From: Gemmatimonadota bacterium
GTDB lineage: Bacteria; Gemmatimonadota; Gemmatimonadetes; Gemmatimonadales; GWC2-71-9
Assembly (NCBI GenBank): GCA_039586365.1
Contig: JBDHKN010000017.1
Span: 20,735-84,734, forward strand
Length of the DNA stretch: 64,000 nucleotides
Direction of reading: 5' to 3'
The translations under genes and the position numbers were made by a program. Every line of letters starts with the position of its first letter. The first letter of the stretch is position 1. This document shows, piece after piece, positions 29,893 through 39,117 of the stretch. The notes beneath the pieces were generated by a model, which did no database searches, was not told where the DNA came from, and worked only from the letters and a program-made list of their open reading frames with translations.

Positions 29893-29920
29893 TTGACACT
29901 TCCCGGCTAGGCCGTAGTCT
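29893..29920 (+). promoter_or_regulatory. Putative sigma70 promoter for the Ala/Gly symporter
   Basis: TTGACA-N16-TAGTCT. Confidence 0.5.
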
Positions 29921-30118
29921 TCTCCGCCAGCCGTGCTTTGCTCCACACCTTGGAGGAGAGAGGCGCCAGGGCGGGAGAAGACTCTAACAATGGGCAGCCT
30001 GCCACTGCGCGAGGCCGCTTCCGGATGGCGCCGGCACGCGTTCCCGTTTGACTACATCCCTTCATGGTAAGGGGAACGGCGGTCCTCTTCGGGGGCTATC
30101 GTCTAACAGGAGATCCGC

Positions 30119-31522
30119 ATGAATTTCTTCAGCGATTTTCCCGGTAAGATCCTTGCTATTAACGACTTCGTTTGGCAGCCGGCGGTCATGCCAGTCGTGC
30201 TCATCATCGTGGGCTTGTGGCTCACGGTCCGCAGCGACTTCGTCCAGATCCGGCGGTTCCCGATGGCAGTCCGGAGGGTGCTGGGCGGCGCATTCAAGCA
30301 CACGGAGGGTGAGAAAGGCACGATCACGCCGTTTCAGGCACTGTCGACTGCGCTGGCCGCAACTGTAGGAAATGGGAACATCGGCGGAGTCGCTACGGCA
30401 ATTCTGGTTGGGGGCCCCGGTGCGATCTTCTGGATGTGGGTGACGGCGACCGTCGGGATGGCGACCAAGTACTCCGAGGCGGTGCTGGGCGTGCATTTTC
30501 GTGTGAGAAGAGAGACCGGCGAGCTCGCCAGCGGACCGATGTACTACATCGCGCGCGGCGTGCCAGGGGCTTATTTGGGCCGCATTCTCGCAATCATGTT
30601 TGCCTTCTTCGGTGCGGCCACAGCGCTGTTGGGAACCGGCAACATGGCGCAATCGAACACCATCGCTAGGACGTTTGTCGAGGCTTTTCGGGCAAACGCT
30701 GGCATCGACATGCCGCTTTGGGTCCCTGGTATTCTGATCACCGTGGCCGTCGGCCTGGTGCTACTTGGCGGGATCAGGCGTATAGCGGCGACGGCCGAGA
30801 GGCTCGTACCGACGATGATCGTGATCTACATCCTGGCCGCCGTTGTCTACATCGTGTTCAACATCGATGGCGTACCTCGGGTGTTCGCCATGATAATCAG
30901 CGAGGCGTTCACTCCATCGGCCGCTGCTGGTGGATTCATCGGAGCTACCGTGGCGCAGGGTATAGCTGCTGGAGTGAGCCGTGGTGTACTGTCTAATGAG
31001 GCCGGTCTTGGCTCGGCTCCTATCGCGCACGGCATCGCCAACGTCAAGCACCCCGTCGAACAAGGAACCGTCGGGGTATTCGAAGTGTTCGTTGATACCA
31101 TCTTGGTCTGCTCGATGACCGCGTTCGTGATCCTCGATTCAGGTTTGTGGACGGAAGGCGCGTTTCAGACTGCCAGTGGCGACCTGACCTCAGCGGCTAT
31201 GAGCACTACCGTGCCGTTCGCATCGATCGTCGTCGCCCTGTCGAGTTTCCTGTTTGGATTCTCGACGCTCATCGCATGGTGCTACTACGGGGAGAAGTGT
31301 TTTGAGTTCCTGTTTGGCTCCAAGATGATCAAGCCGTATCGGATGGTTTTCGTGGCGTTGATCATGGTCGGGTCCGTCGTGTCGGTGCCACTTGCCTGGG
31401 CGATGGGGACTCTGCTGAATGGATTCATGGCGTTCCCCAACCTGGTCGGTCTGGCCTTCCTCGGTGGCACCGTTGCGAAGCTCACTAAGGAGTACTTTTC
31501 GGGAGAGGTCGCCGTGGGTTAG
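30119..31522 (+). CDS. Alanine/glycine:cation symporter (AGCS family)
   Basis: GGPGAIFWMW, SGPMYY, SNEAGLGS, VFVDT, WCYYGEK; AGGAG RBS. Confidence 0.93.
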   Translation: MNFFSDFPGKILAINDFVWQPAVMPVVLIIVGLWLTVRSDFVQIRRFPMAVRRVLGGAFKHTEGEKGTITPFQALSTALAATVGNGNIGGVATAILVGGPGAIFWMWVTATVGMATKYSEAVLGVHFRVRRETGELASGPMYYIARGVPGAYLGRILAIMFAFFGAATALLGTGNMAQSNTIARTFVEAFRANAGIDMPLWVPGILITVAVGLVLLGGIRRIAATAERLVPTMIVIYILAAVVYIVFNIDGVPRVFAMIISEAFTPSAAAGGFIGATVAQGIAAGVSRGVLSNEAGLGSAPIAHGIANVKHPVEQGTVGVFEVFVDTILVCSMTAFVILDSGLWTEGAFQTASGDLTSAAMSTTVPFASIVVALSSFLFGFSTLIAWCYYGEKCFEFLFGSKMIKPYRMVFVALIMVGSVVSVPLAWAMGTLLNGFMAFPNLVGLAFLGGTVAKLTKEYFSGEVAVG

Positions 31523-31570
31523 TCTGCTACCGGTTTCGCAATCGTGGACCGTACAATTATGTTGCGGTCC

Positions 31571-32611
31571 ATGCCGGCCCAGCGGACTGACGGCTCATCC
31601 AGTCGAGGTGTGAGGGTACCGGCCGCGCGGCGCCGGGCTGGTGAGGCTATTGCGGCTGTCCTCAAGCCCGGTATGCGGGTTGCGTTAACCACGCACGTCA
31701 ACGCGGATGGGGATGGTGCCGGAGGAGTCGCAGCTCTTTGGCACCTCCTGACGGATAACGGAATCCGCGCAGCAATCACCAACCCAACTCCATACCCCGA
31801 CCGGTACCGTTTTCTGCTGGCAGGATCTGAGCTGGCCGATAAGTCAGCGGATGCCGTTAAGCATCTCGAACGCGCCGACCTGGTTATGGTGCTCGACATC
31901 TCGGACCTTGGCAGGCTCGGGCACTTGGGACCTGTGATCCAGAAGACCGGCGTCCCGGTGGCGTGTATCGACCACCACGCCAGTTCGGGTACGCTGCCCG
32001 CCGGCCCGCGCCTGGTGGATTCGACGGCATGCGCCACGGGAGAGTTGATCTACGATTTTGCCCAGTCAGTTGGCTGGACGGTGAGCCCTGCAGTGGCGCG
32101 CGGTCTGTACGTCGCCATAATGACAGATACCGGGGGATTTCGGTTCAGCAATACGACCCCTCGGGCGTTGCAGATCGCTGCCCACCTCCTGGCATGCGGA
32201 GTGAATCCAGAGGAGATGTACCGCCACGTCTACGCGAGCGAATCCGAGGGCAGGTTGCGACTCATTGGCAATGTACTAGATACACTGGTCGTCGAGCCAG
32301 AACACGGGTTGGCGTGGGTGACGGTGCCGGCTAGGTCCTTGGAGCTCCACGGGCTCAAACCGGATGATCTCGAAGGTGTCGTCGAGCTTCCACGGTCAAT
32401 CAAGGGTACGCGTCTTGCCTTGCTGTTTAGGCCGCTCGCAAATGGGCGGGTGAAGGTGTCGTTTCGGTCGACTGGAGACATTGATGTTGCCCGTCTGGCA
32501 GAGGGGTTTGGCGGGGGGGGGCACCGCAAGGCGGCAGGGGCGTCGCTGGCCGGGCAGATGAGTGAAGTACAGCAAGTTGTGCTCGCTGCGGCTAGGGCGG
32601 CGCTAGCTTAG
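31571..32611 (+). CDS. nrnA: DHH/DHHA1 phosphoesterase (nanoRNase/pAp phosphatase)
   Basis: HVNADGD, IDHH, TDTGGF, SFRS, GGGGH motifs. Confidence 0.88.
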   Translation: MPAQRTDGSSSRGVRVPAARRRAGEAIAAVLKPGMRVALTTHVNADGDGAGGVAALWHLLTDNGIRAAITNPTPYPDRYRFLLAGSELADKSADAVKHLERADLVMVLDISDLGRLGHLGPVIQKTGVPVACIDHHASSGTLPAGPRLVDSTACATGELIYDFAQSVGWTVSPAVARGLYVAIMTDTGGFRFSNTTPRALQIAAHLLACGVNPEEMYRHVYASESEGRLRLIGNVLDTLVVEPEHGLAWVTVPARSLELHGLKPDDLEGVVELPRSIKGTRLALLFRPLANGRVKVSFRSTGDIDVARLAEGFGGGGHRKAAGASLAGQMSEVQQVVLAAARAALA

Positions 32612-32655
32612 GGTCTTGTTGCCTCGCAATCGACGCGCCTCTATCATTCGTGACC

Positions 32656-33759
32656 ATGACAAACAGACTAGATGCTCTGGTAGCAGGTGCGCTCACGAAT
32701 GTGCGCAATCCTCGTATTGACAACGACGTAGTCTCCGCTGGAATGATCCGCGACCTCTCCAGTGATGAAACTGGTCGGATCTCGTTCACCGTGGTACTTG
32801 GGCGCGACGACCCGGCTGGGCTAGTGCGAGAGATCCGCCAAGCGGTCAAGGTCGTAGAAGGTGTCTCCGATGTTGCCATAGAGGTCGTGGAACCTGAAGC
32901 AGGACCTGCGGCGGCAAATGCTGGGGCGCCTGCTGCGGCCTCCCAGGCGTCGCATACACGGCCGACAGAAGAACTTGCCAACCTCGGGACCATACTAGCT
33001 GTGTCGAGCGGCAAAGGTGGAGTGGGAAAGTCCACCGTCGCTGCTAACCTTGCAGCCGAACTGGCTCGCAATGGCAAACGAGTGGGCGTGATGGACGCTG
33101 ATATATACGGACCCAACATTCCGCGCATCTTCGGCGTCCATGAGAAACCTCAGGTGATCGGAGGGAAGGTAGTGCCCTTGGAGCGGTACGGTGTCAAGCT
33201 GATCTCGTTGGGGTTCTTGGTAGAGCGAGATACACCGGCCATCTGGCGCGGTCCAATAGTCGTGAAGATCATAGGCCAGTTCTTGCACGACGTCGAGTGG
33301 GGTGTTCTCGATTACTTCATCGTCGACTTGCCACCAGGTACAGGTGATGCGCAGCTGTCTCTGTCGCAGACGGTCCAGATGCGAGGTGCGATCATCGTGA
33401 CCACACCGCAGGAGATGGCCGTTGGTGATGCGCTGCGCGGAGCGCAGATGTTCAAGCAGGTGGGTGTTCCGGTTCTGGGAATCGTGGAGAACATGAGCTA
33501 CTTCGCCTGCCCGCGTTGTGGTGAACGCAGTGACATTTTCCAGCAGGGCGGTGGTCAAAGGCTGGCGGACGAACTTGAGGTTCCCCTCCTGGCCCGCATA
33601 CCACTGCAGGCCCAGATGGCGAATCTGGCCGATGAGGGCAAACCTGTCGTGATCGCTCAGCCGGAGTCTCCCGCCGGAAAAGCCATCTCTGGTATGACTG
33701 AACAGATTGTCGAGCGGGCGGGTGGACGAACAGTGTCCTTACCGATCATCACAGGCTGA
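32656..33759 (+). CDS. mrp: Mrp/ApbC iron-sulfur cluster carrier ATPase
   Basis: SGKGGVGKST, DADIYGP, DLPPGTGD, ENMS..CPRC. Confidence 0.93.
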   Translation: MTNRLDALVAGALTNVRNPRIDNDVVSAGMIRDLSSDETGRISFTVVLGRDDPAGLVREIRQAVKVVEGVSDVAIEVVEPEAGPAAANAGAPAAASQASHTRPTEELANLGTILAVSSGKGGVGKSTVAANLAAELARNGKRVGVMDADIYGPNIPRIFGVHEKPQVIGGKVVPLERYGVKLISLGFLVERDTPAIWRGPIVVKIIGQFLHDVEWGVLDYFIVDLPPGTGDAQLSLSQTVQMRGAIIVTTPQEMAVGDALRGAQMFKQVGVPVLGIVENMSYFACPRCGERSDIFQQGGGQRLADELEVPLLARIPLQAQMANLADEGKPVVIAQPESPAGKAISGMTEQIVERAGGRTVSLPIITG

Positions 33760-33794
33760 GCCAACGACCTGCTGGATCCACATCATTGCGGCAA

Positions 33795-33828
33795 GCGGGA
33801 GGCTATCACAGGCCTCCCGCCCTTTCTT
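33795..33828 (+). terminator. Intrinsic terminator between convergent mrp and the ECF operon
   Basis: GCGGGAGGC/GCCTCCCGC 9-bp stem followed by CCTTTCTT. Confidence 0.6.
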
Positions 33829-33871
33829 CGATGCGTGACTGGTGGGCGAAGGAAAGCTGCGGAGACCCCGA

Positions 33872-34726
33872 TCAGGGTTCGATCCACACGACGGCGACGT
33901 CTCCCAAGACGGCCTTGAGCTTGATGTCGAGCTTGGATGTGGTGGAGTGGTAGTTAGGGGAGACATACCTCGTCCCGCTCATGGTGAAGCCAACGTTGTC
34001 GAAACTCACCAAGAAGCGATCTACATCTATCGCAACACCTAGAGTCTTAGGGAGCCGCAGGGTGAGTTGACCGAGACCCAGGCGGATGTCGGCGGTGTGT
34101 ACAGAGGTGCCGGTCCCCTGGCCCGTGAAATCCAGCGTCACGTCACCGATGCCCCCGGCAAACGCAATGTGTTGGCAGCGTGCGTTTGCCAACCGTTCAG
34201 CTCGGAACTCAGCCGCCCCGGCTTTCAGGGTCAAACGGTCACATGTCGTCCGGTTCGGTTCGCCGAAAGACACGTGCGCTTTGGCTGCACCAGAAACAAT
34301 GTCCGCGCCAACCAGATGCATCCCTCCGAGTTCCAGGTCGGCTTCAGCCGCCCCCAGCTCAAAGGACAACCGCAATGGCACTTGCGGTGTTACCGAGAGA
34401 TCGAGCCGCTGTGCTGTCTTGAATCGCCCCAGGCGAGATACATGGTCCTCCTTGGGTCGGAGTCCGATCTCCAGTCTGTTCGTGTTTGGGTAGTAATCAG
34501 TGTAGGCGAGGAAATCGTCTTCGTTGTAGTTGATCGCAGCTCGGTACAGAGATGTCCCGTCGCCAGGCGCCAGCTGTAGCCTTCCAGCCATGAACGTGAC
34601 GTCGACGTACAGAGAATCTTCACCGCGCGCCGTGCGAGCCTCAGTAATTGTCTGATATGATTGTCCTATGAGTCCGACGGTAGCGAGTGCTGTGGTTGCG
34701 GCAGTCAGAATCACTGCGCGGCGCAT
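33872..34726 (-). CDS. Exported beta-rich protein (DUF2154/LiaF-like toast-rack type)
   Basis: Signal peptide; repeated ELGAAEADL/AGGIGDVTLDF/LGLGQLTL strands; last gene of the ECF operon. Confidence 0.5.
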   Translation of the reverse strand: MRRAVILTAATTALATVGLIGQSYQTITEARTARGEDSLYVDVTFMAGRLQLAPGDGTSLYRAAINYNEDDFLAYTDYYPNTNRLEIGLRPKEDHVSRLGRFKTAQRLDLSVTPQVPLRLSFELGAAEADLELGGMHLVGADIVSGAAKAHVSFGEPNRTTCDRLTLKAGAAEFRAERLANARCQHIAFAGGIGDVTLDFTGQGTGTSVHTADIRLGLGQLTLRLPKTLGVAIDVDRFLVSFDNVGFTMSGTRYVSPNYHSTTSKLDIKLKAVLGDVAVVWIEP

Positions 34727-34746
34727 CGGGATGTACTCCATGCTCA

Positions 34747-35988
34747 CTATCGGGGCCGCTGAATCCTGTCATGCGATCCGGCGACCGGTGTTGCCGGGGG
34801 TGTCTGACACAGATACTCGTCTGATAGAGCTCGATCGAGTTGCCTGGTGAAGGTGCCTCGTATGCCGGCCCGTGAGAGCACCGCTGCACCGAATCCTGCA
34901 GTGGCCAGGATCCAAGTGAACAGGACAGCGCTCGTTGTGGCGATCTTGCCTGCAATCGGTGCCCAACTGAACAGAACTGCGGGTAGCCAAATCGCCAGTA
35001 GGGCCACCAGCCCATACACGATGTATCGGTACGCGAGCCAGCCACCTACCACGTTGCCTTGCGCCATCCTGTGTCGCATATAGGTCTCCCCAACCGAGTG
35101 CGCAACCGCCAGGTAGCCACCCAGCACACCCAACGCCGCTGCAACGACAAAGGCTGCAATGGCGAACGGGATCACCAATATGCCCACGACGGTGAGGGCG
35201 AGTCCCAGTATGAGCATGCCGAGCAGTGGGACGATCAATGGCTGTGCGAACAAACCAGCCAGAAAGGAACGCCAGAAAGATTGCCGCACGGTGTCTGCTA
35301 CTACCTCAAGCTGTCGGGGTGCGAAGAACACCAAGCCGAAGCCGAGAGCGCAGAGGGAGGCGAAGCTAGCCAGGAGGCCGATGATGTCCTCAACCACCTG
35401 GCCCGCTGCGGCACTCAATCCGGGGTTGTCGCGGCGCACAACGGTGGAGTACTGGGCATCAGTGGGCTCCCGAACCACCGCACTACTCGACTCGGAGGAG
35501 CGAGTGGCAGGCCGGGGTCGCGGTGCCCGTGCCGGCTGCTCAGTTGCTGGGACGGCTTCCAGTGCCAGGAAAGGAGCCATGATGGTCGCTAATGCCCCCG
35601 CATCGGCGCTCGCAGAGCCAGCAGCGGTCCGACGCCGAATCACCTCGAGCATTTCCGTCGGGTCGAGTCTGCCACTCTGATCCAGGAGACTCCACCACGC
35701 AGTTGCCAGGTCGCTGTCTCGATCATAGCGTGCGAGGACTCTGCTCGTGGTAGCACCGCCCACAGTTGTCTCACTTCGCACTTCGCCGCGGGTGAACGAA
35801 ACTCTGACGATTTCACCGTTGGACAGTTCGAATTCGAGAGACGCTTCGGCAGGCGAAACTGAGGCTGAATGGGCGACTATGCGCGGGGAAGCTTGCTTGG
35901 CTTGAGGTATGGTCTGACTGTATGCCTCTCCGGACTGGACGGCCCAGCCGACCACCGCGAGCGCCAAGAGTCTGTTAGCGTATCGCAT
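34747..35988 (-). CDS. Hypothetical multi-pass membrane protein with exported N-terminal domain
   Basis: Signal peptide, Pro/Arg linker, about 5 C-terminal TM helices (SFLAGLFAQ, LTVVGILVIP). Confidence 0.65.
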   Translation of the reverse strand: MRYANRLLALAVVGWAVQSGEAYSQTIPQAKQASPRIVAHSASVSPAEASLEFELSNGEIVRVSFTRGEVRSETTVGGATTSRVLARYDRDSDLATAWWSLLDQSGRLDPTEMLEVIRRRTAAGSASADAGALATIMAPFLALEAVPATEQPARAPRPRPATRSSESSSAVVREPTDAQYSTVVRRDNPGLSAAAGQVVEDIIGLLASFASLCALGFGLVFFAPRQLEVVADTVRQSFWRSFLAGLFAQPLIVPLLGMLILGLALTVVGILVIPFAIAAFVVAAALGVLGGYLAVAHSVGETYMRHRMAQGNVVGGWLAYRYIVYGLVALLAIWLPAVLFSWAPIAGKIATTSAVLFTWILATAGFGAAVLSRAGIRGTFTRQLDRALSDEYLCQTPPATPVAGSHDRIQRPR

Positions 35989-36502
35989 CTACTTCGGCCC
36001 TGGTGACGCCTGCCGGCTGCATGGTTCGGTGCAACGCCCAAGCGCACAGCATCGTCCCAACCGCAGCTACTCCCGCCACGGCAACCAAAGTGTGCTCGCG
36101 CACGGCCAGCATTTCGAACAGCGCATACGTGCTGCGTGCGATGTCAGTCGCCAATCCCAAAAGCGCCCGCCAAGAGGACAACAACACACCCGTCAGTGCT
36201 CCGCCCCAGACAGTGCGGACATCTACTGTGCGTGTAGCTATCAACGCCACCATCGCGGTGAGCGAAGCAAAGGACATGGTTGCCATTCCACCCACCAACC
36301 ACCACACTCGTCCAGTGTCGGCAAGAGAGCGCAGATACGCCTGCAGCTGACGGATCCAACGTGGTGCGGGCACCCGCACCTGTGCCATGATGCGGTCTTC
36401 AAACCCGGAGCGGGGGGAGAACTGCTCTAGCTTTGACAGATAGCTATCTAGGAGTGGATCTTCGTCAGCAGGCAACTGCGGGTTCATGTCAAGGTTCTCC
36501 AT
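35975..36502 (-). CDS. Putative membrane anti-sigma factor
   Basis: Directly downstream of the ECF sigma; P.SGFEDRIMAQV motif followed by TM helices. Confidence 0.6.
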   Translation of the reverse strand: MENLDMNPQLPADEDPLLDSYLSKLEQFSPRSGFEDRIMAQVRVPAPRWIRQLQAYLRSLADTGRVWWLVGGMATMSFASLTAMVALIATRTVDVRTVWGGALTGVLLSSWRALLGLATDIARSTYALFEMLAVREHTLVAVAGVAAVGTMLCAWALHRTMQPAGVTRAEVDAIR

Positions 36503-36513
36503 CTGTGTGACTA

Positions 36514-36539
36514 TACGTCCGGCCGGACCCGGAGTTTCA
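36514..36539 (-). promoter_or_regulatory. ECF (sigmaW-type) promoter
   Basis: Minus strand reads TGAAAC-N16-CGTA, 11 nt before the anti-sigma ATG. Confidence 0.65.
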
Positions 36540-37148
36540 TGCAGTGGACTCGCTCAACGGGTCCAACATTTCTCTGAGTTCTGCGCGTGCGCGATGGATG
36601 TAGGTTTTCACAGTCCCCAAAGGGAGATCGAGCATATCCGCTATCTCTTCATATGGTCTTCCGTCCACGTGTCGCATCATGATACACGCTCTGTATTCGG
36701 GACGTAGCTTGCCAATTGCCTGCTCGATAGTGGATCCGAGTTCGCGCGCTACCAATTCTTCGAGGGGCGATTCTGAGGTATCACCGATCTGAAGGGCCGT
36801 TGCCTCTAACCGATCCGCTGTTGTTGCGTCAGGACCGCCCTCCAGTGAGAGAGTGTCTAGCTCTCGCTTGCGGAGATGATCAATTGCCGCGTTGTTCGCG
36901 ATCTTGAAGACCCAAGATGAGAACTTGAACTCCGGCCTGTAGCGATCTAGTGCGTTCAGAACCTTGACAAAGGTCTCTTGGGCCAGGTCTTCAGCCAGCT
37001 CTCGGTCACGTACCATCCGGTAGATGAGGGAAAAAACCGGTCTTTGATAGCGCCGGATGAGCTCTCGGAAAGCAGGCTCAGCTCCTTCGCAGGCGTGCTC
37101 CACGACCTCTTGGTCAGTGGCGGTCGTGAGGTCTACAGGGCCAGCCAT
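36537..37148 (-). CDS. ECF RNA polymerase sigma factor (SigW/RpoE-like)
   Basis: AEDLAQETF, FSSWVFKIANN..IDHLRK, YEEIA..LDLPLGTVKTYIHRAR. Confidence 0.95.
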   Translation of the reverse strand: MAGPVDLTTATDQEVVEHACEGAEPAFRELIRRYQRPVFSLIYRMVRDRELAEDLAQETFVKVLNALDRYRPEFKFSSWVFKIANNAAIDHLRKRELDTLSLEGGPDATTADRLEATALQIGDTSESPLEELVARELGSTIEQAIGKLRPEYRACIMMRHVDGRPYEEIADMLDLPLGTVKTYIHRARAELREMLDPLSESTA

Positions 37149-37242
37149 TGTGCCGGAATGACGCTAGACCAAGATGACCGCGGGGGACTCAAGCTGCACA
37201 GTTCTTGCGGCACGATCAAAGGCGCCGATAAGTTTCGCGCCT

Positions 37243-37972
37243 ATGTGTGCCGCGGCTGCGAAACTCGACACCCCCGTGGGCCGCGAGAAGCGGGCGTACG
37301 TGCGTGAGATGTTCACGGCAATTGCACCACGCTACGACCTCCTCAATCATCTCCTGAGCCTAAACGTGGACAAACGTTGGCGCCGACTCACCATCGACCG
37401 CCTGGGTTGGGAGGAAGCCCTGCAGGGTCGATACCTCGACCTGTGCGCGGGCACCTGCGACCTCGGTGGGAAACTCGTAAAGCGTAGCGGCTTCAAGGGG
37501 CACGTTGTTGCCGCCGATTTCGTGTCCCCGATGCTCGCGAGAGGTAGGCAGAAGTACCCAGCCAAAGGCGCCGTCGCAACCGACGCTGCGCAACTGCGTT
37601 TTCCCGATGCGCACTTCGACGGCTGCGTCGTTGGCTTCGGTGTGAGGAACCTCGCTGACCTCGACGCTGGACTGGCTGAGATCGCTCGGGTGCTCAAACC
37701 CGGCAAAGGCGTGGTTGTGCTCGAGTTCTCGACACCCTCGTCCTGGGTGCCAAGGCAGCTGTATGCGTTCTATTTCCGGCACGTACTTCCCTTGGTCGGT
37801 TGCGTAGTGTCGAAACATATGACTGCCTACAGGTACCTGCCAGATTCGGTGCGCCAAGCCCCACAGGATGGAGCTCTCGTGGACCTTCTCGAACGGAGTG
37901 GCTTCGACGGGGTGCGTCAGCAGCGACTGACAGCAGGAATTGCATCGCTCTATTGGGGGGATTGCCACCTGA
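37243..37972 (+). CDS. ubiE: Menaquinone/ubiquinone C-methyltransferase (apparent extra base near the 3' end)
   Basis: MFTAIAPRYDLLNHLLS, LDLCAGT, FGVRN, RVLKPG, LEFS, AYRYLPDS; as sequenced the ORF runs to 38262. Confidence 0.85.
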
Positions 37973-38631
37973 GACCAATAGCATTGCGGAACCACCGCGC
38001 GATCGGAGCACTGTGGATGGGACGTCGTGATCCCCTAGTGCTCCACGACGCACAGGTAGTGCCTGACGTGAGTTCAGTTGGCGGGTTCGGGACGTGCTGG
38101 CGCCGTTATGGACGGGGCGTTTGCGAGCCCGTGCTCCCAGACCGTGAGCCGGATATGCAGCACGTTAATTTATTACATGACTTAATGTTAACTTCACGGC
38201 GTTCTACGGTTATCTGGGCAATAGTCCCCCCTCAGTCAGCGGAACACGGGCGGCGAATGTGATTGGGAGCATCGGATTCTGGAGTTGCAGTGAAGGTGGT
38301 CGAAACCGAGCCGTGCAGAGTGGATCAGGGGCTGCGAGCAGGCCTTCTGCGTCCGAGCGGAGTATCTACCAGAGCGACCGCAAGGAGTTGAGCTGTCGCG
38401 GTGTTGCAGGCGGGACGATCCTGGGGGCCAGACCCCGGCGGGAAGGCAGCAAACGGCCCAAGCGGAGGCAGGGCAAGGTGAAACCGGCAGCCGTTCCGCG
38501 GGAGCAGCCAGCTCCACCTGCGCCACAGCGCCATCCGCTCAAATCGCCGACCCCTAACCGGCGGGGCCAGTGACACGGCTGCGGGCCGATCCATGCGTGG
38601 GGAGATCGGGCACGCCGAGCCGTGGTGATGC

Positions 38632-39117
38632 ATGCGGCTCGGACTGATCTCAGATACCCATGGCAGGCTACGACCGGAGGTGTTCGCCGTGTTCGCTGGG
38701 GTCGACCGCGTTCTCCATTGCGGAGATATCGGGTCCATCGGTCTCCTCCATGAGCTGGAGACCCTCGCTCCTGTCACAGCCGTCTACGGCAATACAGATG
38801 GCTTCGAGTTGCGGGCCAGCCTTCCCCAGGTGGTCGAGCTCGAGCTTGACGGGTTGATGACGGTGGTCACACATGGAGATCAGTTTGGGTCGCCTACGCC
38901 GCTCCGTCTCAGACAGGCGTTCCCGCACGCCGAGATCATCGGATTTGGCCACACCCATAGACCGGTGCTCGAATTGGTGGACCACACAGTCACAATCGTC
39001 AATCCTGGATCGGCGGGAGCTGCTCGTTTTGGATTGGGACCTTCAGTCGCGGTAATGGAACTCGAGCCTGGGCTCCCGCCGAGAGCTCGGTTGGTTCAGC
39101 TACGCTCCCAACGTTAG
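38632..39117 (+). CDS. Metallophosphoesterase (YfcE/MJ0936 family)
   Basis: ISDTH, HCGD, GNTD, THG, GHTH, NPGS. Confidence 0.9.
   Translation: MRLGLISDTHGRLRPEVFAVFAGVDRVLHCGDIGSIGLLHELETLAPVTAVYGNTDGFELRASLPQVVELELDGLMTVVTHGDQFGSPTPLRLRQAFPHAEIIGFGHTHRPVLELVDHTVTIVNPGSAGAARFGLGPSVAVMELEPGLPPRARLVQLRSQR

Noticed and set aside
29930..30118. Glycine riboswitch upstream of the AGCS symporter
   Set aside because: GGAGAG is present, but the conserved CCGAAG and CTCTCAGG elements are missing
38166..38193. Chromosomal dif site
   Set aside because: Only the XerD-like arm resembles the consensus; the left arm lacks the ...ATAA end
38420..38470. Cobalamin riboswitch (CGGGAAGGC)
   Set aside because: No B12 box or upstream GGGAA/GCCACTG elements, and no B12-related gene downstream
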